NCBI GenBank assembly: GCA_030324005.1
Contig: JARDVH010000097.1
Location: forward strand, 26,273,073-26,337,072
Source: Negaprion brevirostris
Lineage: Eukaryota
Length of the DNA stretch: 64,000 nucleotides
Reading direction: 5' to 3'
The position numbers and the translations under genes were made by a program. How positions within the stretch are numbered: the stretch's first letter is position 1; each line of letters opens with the position of its first letter. The notes under the pieces are model-generated. The model worked only from the letters and a program-made list of their open reading frames with translations, made no database searches and was not told the DNA's origin. Positions 27,096 through 38,460 of the stretch are shown piece by piece.

Positions 27096-29339
27096 GAGCC
27101 CAGGGAGGCCAAACCCACATTCCCACTGGCTGTCGAAAAACAGTTTGGTTTAAAGGGCCCAGTGAACCTGATAGGCCAGAGAGAAGGTAAGTGTCCAGGT
27201 AAGTGCATAAAATTTGGGATGTTGGGAGTGAAGGCTGTCTGAGCTCCAGGAGATAGGATCTGGAGTCTGTGTCCAGGAGAAAGGTTGGGGTCTGGGAGGT
27301 AATTCCTGTCCACTTCCAGGGGTGAATGGAATCCAATGATGGGTGTAGTGGTCGAGGTGGGGGTGATCCCANNNNNNNNNNCCTGGGTGTTTAAAATAGT
27401 TTAAGTTAGCAGTGCTTTTATTTTGTGTCTTTCAGAGTATAATATTGGGAGAGCCATCTGAAGATTGAAATTGCTTTTTTGGCTTGTTCCCAGCACAACC
27501 CAATTGTCTCGGGGAAGTTAGCGCTTCTGGACAATTGCCATGTGAAATCTTACCTGGGAACTTCTGAGAGTGATTCTCCAGCACATCTCTGGGGCATCAC
27601 TCAAATCTGACACTGGGGAGCCAGGACGTTATGTGTCATATTTGTGACTGACGCTGTGGTCAGTAATAATAATACAATGCAAATCCATTGAAAAGTGTAT
27701 TTATAAAGAATGACACATTCAAATAAATTACCTTTAAAAAAAACAATATGAATGTCATTCCTGATGGGATATGCTGGGAGGACTGTGTCTGCTAACTTTT
27801 ATGGTCATCAAATTGCTGGATAATTGCTTTTTATGCTATTTTACATTTTATGAAGATTAAAAGTTTGTATTTTATGATTACTACGAGCTTCAAATTTAAA
27901 GAGATTGTTTAGAACTGATGATTTCATGATAAACGTGCTAAGTACCTCCATCCATATATACAAATTATATGACTTGCATGTTTTCTTAGATAATTGTATT
28001 TTGGAATTTTCTGATGTTAAAATTTGAAGTGCTTGATTGACGGTTTCAAAGTTTTACAAGATGTGCATTATTTTGAAGTTTTGTCCAGTCGTATTTTCAA
28101 TCTGAAAGGAATATACTTTTCTCACTGTAAGATATTGTTAATCTGCAACTCTTCCAGAAAATGCAGTGTTACCAAGCACAACTTTGCTAAAAAAAAAAAA
28201 AATTTCTTTGGGCAGTTCAAAAATATCCTTCATACATTATGGCATCCTACAAATAACAGAAATTTAGAAATTTCATACTGGCCTTTACTTCAACATTTCA
28301 GCAAATAAAAAGACCAACCCAAGTCATGTTGGGCGTGATTTTACCACCTCACCATGCCTGGTGTGTTTCAAACCAGGAAAATAGGACCTGAAGGCAAAAA
28401 TCCAATTCAGACCTGGCGCAAAATGGTTTGCGACCTTCTCGGTCCCTTTCGAATAGCACAAACTGCCTCAGAGGGGGCATGAAGCCTAACTATGCATAGC
28501 CCATTCCAATCCCAGTGCATGTAATCTTCTGGCCTTTGGATACAGCATCATGATGGCAAGAATCCTGGTCTCCACTAGCGCAGACCTGGTGCAGTGGTCA
28601 CGCAAGGGGGTGTAGAGGTCATTGGAGGCCTTTGGGTGGTCAATTGCCCACTCGACAGTGCACACCAAACATCTTGGCAGTGCCCACCATACACCCCGGC
28701 AGTGCCAGTTGGGCACTGAAGTGTCAGAGGGTGGGGCATGGGTGGGGGCCATGATGGGGAAAGAGAGGCTAAGAGACTGGCGCACTTCACCCCTTCTGAT
28801 AATTAGAAATACTTTGGGAAAATTCTTCCTGTTGTCTATATCACTGCAGATTATTTTTATCCTCAAATGTATCGGCAGTAGTTTATTTCCCACCTTCTTG
28901 CACAGTTCTTCAGTTTTGCATATTGAATATCCAAACTTCTGTTTCAGTTGATGATGGGTGGAATTTTCCTCCCTTAGTGGTGTGTTTCGCTAGTAACGGG
29001 ATCTCATGGTCCCAATGGTGTCAATCACCCAAACTGCCATCAAGCTCTCTTGATTTATGAAATATTTCTGGAAATAAGAGAAGAGTCTTAAAGAATCAAA
29101 ACCATACCTCCTTTTCTCTCTCCATAGATGCTGTCAAGTCTGATAAGTCTTTCCAGTATCATAATCTTTTATTTCTTGTGAAAATGCAATTATTCCTTTT
29201 CATTTTTGATACAGTTCTGGATTTTGCAAAAGGAATTTCGAGTCTACTTTTGTAACCTAAACTTTTGTAACCTAAATCAAACTTTGGCAATGTGTTTTTT
29301 TTTGTCTTTCTTCTCCTAAATACCAGGACATTTATATCT

Positions 29340-31279
29340 TCAATAGGATTGAATGATTACCTAACCAGATTGACTATTCAGATCCTGACTATTTCACCAG
29401 GTGTTAGGGGGCTGAGTCTATGGGTATCTGATCATTGTGCATTTTGCTTCTCAATTTGCATTTCATGATGGTATCCTTCATGTTGGTTTCAGATTTGGGC
29501 TGTAGCAGAGCCGTAGCAGTGGGAAACACGGTCCTGATGTCACTGAAAATGGTTGTGGTGCTGACGAGGGCAGACCTTGTTGTGGTAGATTTTGCAAGCT
29601 GATGAGTGCAGCAGAGTAATTTGTGCGATCCTGTGCACATTTCTTTAGACAACGCTTGGCTGTGTGAATCACCATTCTACCAGACTGTTTGACTGTGGAT
29701 GTAGGTGCTGTTCATGATAGGCTCAGAGTCCCATGTACAGGCAAAGTTCTAAAATTGAGTGCATGTGAGTAGATGAGCGTTGTCTGTGATCAGTCTCTGT
29801 CGGATGCAATATGTAGCAAAGTATCTGTCAAAATTCAAGACTCTGTACTACTCCTCATATTTGGTACAGATTCAAGTTCAAACCACCCAGGATACGAATC
29901 AGCAAAGATCAGTTTTTTTTTATCATTCCATTCAAAGAAATTAGCTGCTCTGAGTGACGTTGGGAGGTCTGGGACCTCATGTTAATTTCAGCAATTCTTT
30001 CGCTTGATGCGGCTTCAGTGCATTGTACTCAACCTTTTCTACATCTTTGTACATGGAGGACATAGTATCTGATTGCTTCTGACCCAAGCTGCTCTTGGTG
30101 AAGTTTTGGGTGTAGTACATCTGAAGAACAGTAGGGATGAAGAAACTCTGGCCATGTTGTATCATCTGTCCTTCACTTATGGTTAGTTCATCTTTGATGA
30201 CTACAAATCTGTGGAGATCGTGAGGATACTCCCTTGAAGCCTCTGGCCAGCCCCTCGTGATGATCTTGTGCAGTTGCCTGTCCATGATGTTTACCTGTAA
30301 AGCCTGTTTGGGTTCCTGAATTTGATGAGAGGGCAGCACTTCTATTGTCATGATGTCTATGTCTTCCTCATGATCTACCAACTCTATAGTGGGTAAAAAG
30401 GCTCTGGAGAGGGCATCAGCCCAGTACAGCTCTTTATCGTTTTTGCGTAGGATGCTGAGATTATAATGTTGCAACTTGAGTATCACGTATTGCAGTTGAG
30501 CAGATGCAGTGTGAAGAGGCTTTTTTTAAGATGGCTGATGATCTGTTTAAACAGTTGCAGGATGACCATACACAAAGTCATGAAACTTCTGACAGGAGAA
30601 CACTAAACAAAAGTTCCGTTTGAATCTGTGCATGGTCTTGCCATTCTTAATACAGACTGCACCAAGTCCACGCTGGGAGACATCTGCTGATATACGGATG
30701 CTCAAATGTCAAAATATTGTAAACTAGTGGGGCCATGAGTGCCTGGTTGAGATTATTAATGACCGCTCTTGCCGGCACCATTCTATGCACCGATGGAAAG
30801 TTGATGAAAAGGTGCAGTGACCTCACTATAACATGGAGTAGGGTAATCTTCATAAAGTGACAAGTTCTGCTTCCCACCTAAAATCTCAGCTTCTTTTTTC
30901 TGATTGTTCAGCATACACATACTAATAGTTGCTTGGAATATCAATTTTTTTTTTCTGGCAGCAGCTACTTGCAAACTAAAACACTCTGAATTGGACAACT
31001 ATTTGATCCATGGTTAGTTCATCACTGACCGTTCAAAGCACACATTTCTTTGCCATATTTTTTAGGGTGGACATATAAGATTGTATTGATTCATCTGCTC
31101 TTTGGTTTATATGTCTATTGAGGATTTTAACTGGGCGACAGATATTCTCAAACTTTTTTTAGGATTATTTCAGGGCACTCTTTTTCCTCCTCCATCTGGA
31201 AAGCAGATGACTGAAAATTTTCAAAGTCCTCAGGGCCCACTCTGTTTAGCAAGGCATAAACATGTACTTTTTTCAACTC
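29340..31279 (-). mobile_element. Gypsy element (gag - internal deletion - RNase H - integrase), decayed; gag 5' end lies at 38018-38140
   Basis: LKLQHYNL..KELYWADALSRA and DELTISEG (29977..30486); PTATALLQPK integrase tail; gag ELKKVHVYALLNRVGPE at 31230-31279; protease and most of RT absent. Confidence 0.85.
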
Positions 31280-31930
31280 TAATGTGGAGATGCTGGCGTT
31301 GGACTGGGGTAAACACTGTAAGAAGTCTCACAACACCAGGTTAAAGTCTAACAGGTTGTTTGGTAGCAGAAGCCACTAACTTTTGGAGCACTGCTCCTTC
31401 AACAGGTGAGTGGGATTTCAGTTCACAAACAGGGCACATAAAGACGCAAACTCAATTTACAAAACAATAGTTGGAATGTGAGTCTTTACAGGTAATCAAG
31501 ACTTAAAGATATAGACAATATGAGTGGAGAGAGGGTTAAGCACAAGTTAAAGAGATATGTATTGTCTCCAGCCAGGGCAGTTAGTGAGATTTTGCAAGCC
31601 CAGGCAAGTTGTGGTGCTTACAGATAGTGTGACATGGACCCAAGATCCCGGTCGAGGCCGTCCTCACGTGTGCGGAACTTGGCTATCAGTCTCTGCTCAG
31701 TGACTCTGCGTTGTGTGTCGTGAAGGCTGCCTTGAAGAACACTTACCCAAAGATCAGAGGCCGAATGCCCATGACTGCTGAAGTGTTCCCCAACAGGAAG
31801 AGAACACTCTTGCATGGTGATTGTTGAGTGGTGTTCATTGATCTCTTGTCATAGCGTCTGCATGGTCTCCCCAATGTACTATGCCTCAGGACATCCTTTC
31901 CTGCAGCGTATCAGGTAGATAATGTTGGCC
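31280..31930 (-). mobile_element. Penelope-like element 3' part (GIY-YIG C-terminus + pLTR), ending in a gap
   Basis: ECSLPVGEHFSSHGHSASDLWVSVLQG...EQRLIAKFRTREDGLDRD (ORF 31618..31815); highly similar to 36711-37365. Confidence 0.9.
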
Positions 31931-32034
31931 NNNNNNNNNNNNNNNNNNNNNNNNNNNNNNNNNNNNNNNNNNNNNNNNNNNNNNNNNNNNNNNNNNNNNN
32001 NNNNNNNNNNNNNNNNNNNNNNNNNNNNNNTGGG

Positions 32035-32245
32035 AGGTTGGCCATCTTAGCTGGCTGGATAGCTAGTTTGAGATGCAGAGCGACACCAATGGTGTGGGTT
32101 CAATTCCCGTTCTGGCTGAGGTTCAGGATACCCATACTTTGCCCTTCACCGGAATTGTGATGATGCTCAGGCTAAGTCACCATAGCTCAGCTCTTCCCCT
32201 CAAACGGAAGAGCCTCTGGTCATCTGGGACCATGGCAAATTTAAC
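32035..32245 (+). mobile_element. tRNA-derived SINE-like element
   Basis: tagct..ctggatag A-box-like and gggttcaattccc B-box; interrupts the end of the adjacent Gypsy remnant. Confidence 0.5.
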
Positions 32246-35030
32246 CTGTTGTCTGCGGTATCTCTGGAGGGCAGTATGACAAATCCCAGCCCACACAATA
32301 TTAGTTCATTCTGTGCAGTCAGTTCATCTCTGATGGCAAAATATGTGCGGAGATGGTGGGTAATCTCCTTTGAGGATTCTGGCCAGCCGCTCATAATGAT
32401 GATGTGCAGTTGCCTGTAGATAATGTCTGCTGTAAGGCCTATTTGACATCCTGAAACTGACAAGAAGACAGCAGCTCTATTACCATAAAGTCTATGTCTA
32501 CCTCATAATTCACCTAATCTGTGATTTGTGGGAAAGCTCTGGAGAGGACATTAGCCAAGTATAGCTCCTTGCTATGCTTGCAGATGATGCTGAGGTTGTA
32601 GCAATGCAGCTTTAGTGTCATGCATTGCAGCCATGCAGGCACAGCATGGAGAGGCTTTTTGAAGTTATGAGGGGCTGATCTATTTCAATAGTTGCTGGGT
32701 GACAATGAATGAAGTTATGATATTTCTAACACGTGGAGACTAAAGCAAGAAGTTCCATTTAAATCTGTGCACAACTTTGTGGGCCTGTATTGTGCTGTAG
32801 TTTTTCAATTTTTTTCTAGGTATGTCAGTGTTAGTGTAGGCCCTTGAAGCAAAGGCCATTGATCTGCCATTATAACTGCAGGCTGCGCCAAATCTGTGCT
32901 GAGATGTATCTGCTGAAATAAGTATAGGTGCTCGAATGTCAAAGTATTATAAGTTGGTGAGGCTGTGAGTGCTTGATTGAGTCTATGAAGACCGCTGTGC
33001 AATACTCTTGTCATCACCATTCAATGTCCTGGAGGAGGAGTTGACGACAAAGGGATTCAGTGATCTCACAATATTACAGATTAAACTTAGAAAGATATTT
33101 TGTCATATCAAAGAAATGTTGTGAAGTGTGCTTGCCCATGGGCATGGCCATCTGTCATGTCATATACCCTTGTTTTCTCTGGATTGGGCTTTACACCATT
33201 GTCTGAGAGTAAATGGCCCATGTAAGGCACCTGCTTAACTCTGAATCTGCATTTCACGGGGTTTAACTTTAGTTGGATAGTCCTGATTCTGTCAAGGGCA
33301 AGACAACGATGTTCTTGCAAAGTACAACCCCCAAACAAAGATGCCGTCAACAATGACCTCGCAAAGTTACTCCATGCACCACTTGTAAACCTCCATGCCA
33401 GTGGAAATCTCATAGACGAAAACAATATCTGCCTACTGGAGACATGAATATGGTTAGTTTTGAAAATTCCTCTTCTAAAAGGATGTACCGAACCTGCATT
33501 TCACATTGAGAAGGCTGAATACCTTAGCATTTGGCATGTCTGCAATCACCTGTTCCACTGTCTTCATAAGGTGATATGGTCTGAACAGGACTTTGTTCAA
33601 ATGCACTGGGTCAATAAATATCCTGACCATGCCATTTGTTTTTACAGAGACCAACACTGCTAAAACCCATCCATGGCCCTGTCAATCGGACATCTAGTGC
33701 TGTCATCCAATACAGCTCATTGACTACTTTCTGCTTCATGGTTACAGGTACTCTTCTCAGTGCAGAGACTGTTGGAGATTCCGAATCATCCAATCTCATA
33801 TGGTATACAACTGGTAGCTTACCAATGATATCACAATTGAAGAGGTTGTTATATATTGTCATATCTGGAGCTTGGAATTGTAGTACATGTACCTCTGGTA
33901 CAAGTTGAATGAACCCAAATGCAAGTCCCAGTCGAGATTTCACATTCTGGTTAACTACATGGAACTTGAAATTTCCGTGTGCAGTGAAAGGTTGCTAAGT
34001 ATGTTGCCTGTCCATCGTAAGCCACAAGTTGCCTCTAGGTGATGGAATCTGGCGCTTCATATTTCGTAATCTTTGACTGGATAATATATCATCTTTCACT
34101 CCAGTATCAATCCTGACTTTAAGTCTGGCATAACTGCTAATTATGTTGAGAGTGGTGAAGATCTCACTCTTTCCTGTAAGTTTGCTAACACTGGAGGCTC
34201 TGTAGCTTCACTACTTTGGTTGAACTCCAATTCATTTGCCTTACTGGACAGGATTAAACTGCTGCCATGGTAAGAGGAGGGCTGTTGTGGTTCGTATCTT
34301 CAGCATTTAGCAAAACGGTTACATTTCCCATATTTTTTTACCATATGCAAAACAGGCTGCTCTGTTCGGAAGATGCTGGCCTCTGCAGTTGGAGCAGGGC
34401 ACCCCTGTGCCCAAACACTTCAGTTTCACATCCAAAATCTCTGCTTCATTTCTCAAATTAGGCGTTTAACATGTAGATATTGATGGCTGCTTGTAACATT
34501 GGGTCTTTTTCTCAAAGCAGCTGCTATGTACCAAATTGCTATATATTCCAAAAACTATTTGATCTCTGATTAGGTTTTCAGTGATAGTTTCAAACACACA
34601 TTTCTTTGCCAATATTTTTAGGGTTGGGGAGTAGGATTGTATTGACTCATCTGATATTTGGTTCATGGAATTGATTTGATTTTGATTTGGTTTGATTTAT
34701 TATTATCACGTGTATTAGTTTTCATTGAAAATATGAACGCATGTCTATAAAGGATTAGGTATTTTTTTAACCAGGAAACAAATGTTCTCAAATTTTTTCA
34801 GGATTATCTCAGGGTCTTTTTTTCCCCTTTGTCTGGAAAACAAACAAATTTAAGTTTTCAATGACCTTGGGGCCCATGAGGTTTAATAGAGTAAATGCCT
34901 GTACCTTCTTCAATTTGCTGGAAAGTGCAGCACCACAGTAAGTATGCCACTCCTTCTGGAAGCTTTCAAAGCTATCTGCAATATGTCAAAGCCAAATGGG
35001 GTCAGTGCAGCATTGTCCTTGTGTCATACT
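32246..35030 (-). mobile_element. Gypsy element internal region (gag-PR-RT-RNase H-start of IN), decayed
   Basis: LIRDQIVFGI (gag), VRIDTGV protease-like, VRIFIDPVHLNK, VIVDGIFVWG (degenerate YxDD), LKLNPVKCRFRVKQVPYMGHLLS and YFAIRDELT; same family as 29340-31279. Confidence 0.9.
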
Positions 35031-35396
35031 GCCAAAACCTGGCACTGTGGGTTCCTCAAAACATCAACATCAAGGTCTTCCAATAAAGGTAGTTTATTGC
35101 CAGGCTCAACAGCTACATACAGTACTTGTGTTCTGCTGAGAACCCGGGGATAATGCCCATGCTCCCATCACATAAGCTCTTTTGTCACTGCATCATCATA
35201 CTCTCATATGGCCACTCAGTCTACAGAACACACGTTTGTGAAACTTAAGATGTAGAGGGGCCCAAATAACTCCTTGGAAATTAGTGGTAATTTTTGAAGC
35301 CCTTCAAAAGTGAGGCACGAGAGAGTATAACATAGCCAGTCATTTATAGTGCATTCTTGGATGGTGTGAATAACTCTTCTTACCTTACCTGGGGTT

Positions 35397-35685
35397 TAAG
35401 TTTATTTCTTAATGTCACAAATAGACTTACATGAACACTGCAACAAAGTTATTGTGAAAAATCTCCTAGTCGCCACACTCCAGCACTTGTTCGGGTACAC
35501 TGAGGAAGAATTTTAGCATGGCCAATCCACCTAACCAGCACATCTTTCGGACTGTGGGAGAAAACCAGAGCATCCAGATAAAACTCATGCCGACATGGGG
35601 AAAACATGCAGACTCCACACAGACAGTACCCCAAGCCAGGAATCAAACTCTGGTCCCTGGCATTGTGAGGCAGCAGTGTTAGGCA
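35397..35685 (-). mobile_element. HE1-related SINE with alternative 3' tail
   Basis: Same family as 54779-55068 and 56347-56652 (ggcgactaggggattttcacagtaact..attgcagtgttaatgtaag). Confidence 0.75.
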
Positions 35686-36008
35686 ATCAGAATTTGTGCA
35701 GCATTGGATATTGTGTCAGGATTGTGGCAGTGATACTTTATCTCTGAATCACCTCTTTCCATTGTGACTAAACAATTCCACAAACTGACTTCATCCTTAA
35801 ATCTCAAATAGAGCTTACAATCTCATCTGAATGTTGTCACATATAGCACTATGAATGCCTCCCACCTTTGTGAGCTGTGCAGAACACACCTGAAAACCCA
35901 AGACTTCCCTATTGACTAATTCTGCATTTCAGAGAATAAAAATCTTGCTTGCTGAGTTCTGCTCCTTTAAGCTGCTGCAGAAATTTAAACTTGATAGCAG
36001 TACATCGT

Positions 36009-36116
36009 GGGTGGGATTTCACTTGTCCCAAAACTGCAAAATCTCACCTGAAGTCAACAGACATTTCTACGGCCCACTCCTCGCCTGATCCAATTCCTGT
36101 GGTAAAATTCCAGCGC
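36009..36116. mobile_element. Short Harbinger-type MITE
   Basis: gggtgggatttcac...gtaaaattccagcgc termini; homologous to 46298-46424 in the opposite orientation. Confidence 0.55.
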
Positions 36117-36710
36117 ACGTCTCATTCAATCCTTCACTTCCTCTCCATGGAAAATATGTCAACTAATGGCAGGAATACCAAGGCAAACCCACCTTTATAT
36201 GAAAACAAAACTAATTCCTAGGTTAGTATTGTCACAATTGGGCAGGTGATTTTCCCAACCCAAAACAGTGGCAATGATGCAACTAGAGACAAATCGGAGA
36301 TTATGGCCAGGATTCTCCAAAAAAAACTAAGTTCCCAATGTGAGGGGAAGACAGGGGTATTTTGCCCTGTTTTGTTCTAAAGTGAAATCTCCAGAGTGAA
36401 TCCCCCAGGGCTCTGAGCACTGCAGCAGGATTCACTCTGGTAAGCAGGGAGCTTATTACAGGGGCTATTATAACCCAAGAGGCCAGCAGCATAACACTGA
36501 GTGGGCTACTGCACATGCATCAGTCTGTCGAGCGGAGATCGGTCCATGCATCGTTGCCCCTCCTATTGCCAGCCTCCCAAATCACTGGCCAGCCTGTAAC
36601 CTCCCCTGATCACTGGCCTTTTCATCATAGCACCACCACCCCCCCCCACCTCCCCTATAATCACTGGCCTCCTGAACCTCCTCATGCCAGCCCCTATGTC
36701 CTCCCAACTC

Positions 36711-38017
36711 TAATGCAGAGATGCTGGCGTTGGACTGGGATAAACACAGTAAGAAGTCTCACAACACAGGTTAAAGTCCAACAGGTTTATTTGGTAGCAA
36801 ATGCCACGAGCTTTCGGGGCTCTGCCCCTTCGTCAGGTGAGTGGGGAGCTCTGATCACTAACAGGGCATATAAAGGCACACACTCAGTTTACAGAATACG
36901 GAGTAGAATGCGAGTCTTTACAGCTAATCAAGTCTTAAAGCTGCAGACAATGTGAGTGGAGATAACATTAAGCATAGGTTAAAGAGATGTGTATTGTCTC
37001 CACTCAGGACAATAAGTGAGATGTTGCATGCCTAGGCAAGCCATGGGGATTACAAATAGTCTGACATGAACCCAAGATCCTGGTTAAGGCCGGCCTCATG
37101 TGTGCGGAACTTGGCTATCAGTCTCTGCTCAGCGACTCTGCGCTGTTGTGTGTCATGAAGGCCGCCTTGCAGAACGCTTACCCGAAGATCTGAGGCCTAA
37201 TGCCCATGACCACTGAAGTGTTCACCAACAGGAAAAGAACACTCTTGCCTGGTGATTGTCGAGCGGTGTTCATTCATCCGTTGTCGTAGCGTCTGCATGG
37301 TCTCCCCAATGTACCATGCCTCGGGGCATCCTTTCCTGCAGCATATCAAGTAGACAATCTTGGCCGAGTTGCAAGAGTATGTACCTTGTACCTGGTGGAT
37401 GGTGTTTTCATGTGAGATGATGGCATCCGTGTCGATGATCCGGCATGTCTTGCAGAGGTTGCTGTGGCAGGGTTGTGTGGTGTCATGGTCACTGTTTTCC
37501 TGAAGGCTGGGTAGTTTGCTGCAGACAGTGGTCTGTTTGAGGTTGTGCAGTTGTTTGAAGGCAAGAAGTGGCGGTGTGGGGATGGCCTTGGTGAGATGTT
37601 CATCTTCATCAATAACATGATGAAGGCTCCGGAGAAGATGTTGTTGCTTCTCCACTCCAGAGAAGTATTGGACGATGAAGGGTACTCTGTCTGTAATATC
37701 CCAGGTTTGTCTTCTGAGGAAGTTGGTGTGGTTTTTCACTGTGGCGCGTCAGAACTTTCAGTTGATTATGAGGGCATCTTTCAGCATCTGGAGGTGTCTA
37801 TTGCAATCCTCCTCATCTGAGCAGACCCTGTGTACGCAGAGGGCTTGTCTGTAGGGGATGGCTTCTTTAGCACGTTTAGAGTGGAAGCTGGAGAAGTGGA
37901 GAATCATGAGGTTATCCATGGGCTTGTGGTATAGTGACGAGCTGAGCTGACCGTCCTTCATGGAGATGCGTGTGTCCAAGAATGCAACTGATTCTGAAGG
38001 GTAGTCCATGGTGAGTC
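36711..38017 (-). mobile_element. Penelope-like retroelement (Neptune-type), 5'-truncated: RT C-terminus, Cys-rich linker, GIY-YIG endonuclease, 3' pLTR
   Basis: VAFLDTRI...LYHKP.D..ILHFSSFH...AIPY.QAL (RT thumb); PCHSNLCKTC; KIVYLICCRKGCPEAWYIGETMQTLRQRMNEHR..VGEHF (GIY-YIG). Confidence 0.93.
36804..36844 (-). ncRNA. Minimal type I hammerhead ribozyme motif in the Penelope pLTR
   Basis: Minus strand: CAC-CUGACGA-A-GGGGC-AGA-GCCCC-GAAA-GC-UC-GUGG, showing the conserved core, stem II, a minimal palindromic stem III and stem I CAC/GUG. Confidence 0.7.
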
Positions 38018-38140
38018 TTTTTCAACTCATCAGACAATGCAGCACCATGGTAAGTACGCCACTCCATCTTGAACCTTTCCCAACTCTGCAATATTTTCAC
38101 CAAAGGTGAGTGGGTTGATGTGGCGAAGTCTTTGTGTCAT
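38018..38140 (-). mobile_element. Gypsy gag N-terminus, continuation of 29340-31279
   Basis: MTQRLRHINPLTFGENIAE/WERFKMEWRTYHGAALSDELKK (one frameshift); aligns with the uninterrupted sister copy at ~34900-35027. Confidence 0.75.
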
Positions 38141-38460
38141 ACACCTGATACCAAATAAACGTGCTGGGTTCCCGAATCATTGACAGCAAGAATTTTCAAC
38201 TAAGCTTAGCCACTTCCATACTTGCCCATACTCCCACCACATAATCTCTTTTGCAACCAGTCTACAGAATGGATGGATAAGTGGCAATTTAAATTTAATG
38301 CAAAAATGTTGAATTGATTAACTTTGGTAGACAAAATACTAAGAGACAATCTAAAAAGCATACTTAATTCTAGCCTTTATCAATAGCGGCATAGCGTACA
38401 AAAACAAGGATTCGTTTTTAAACTTATATGAAACACTGTATCAGCCTTAACCAAGGTATT

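Noticed and set aside
38141-38150. TGGTATCAG on the minus strand as an initiator-Met primer-binding site
   Set aside because: No LTR ending in CA is visible immediately upstream, and the sister copy lacks the motif; unsupported.
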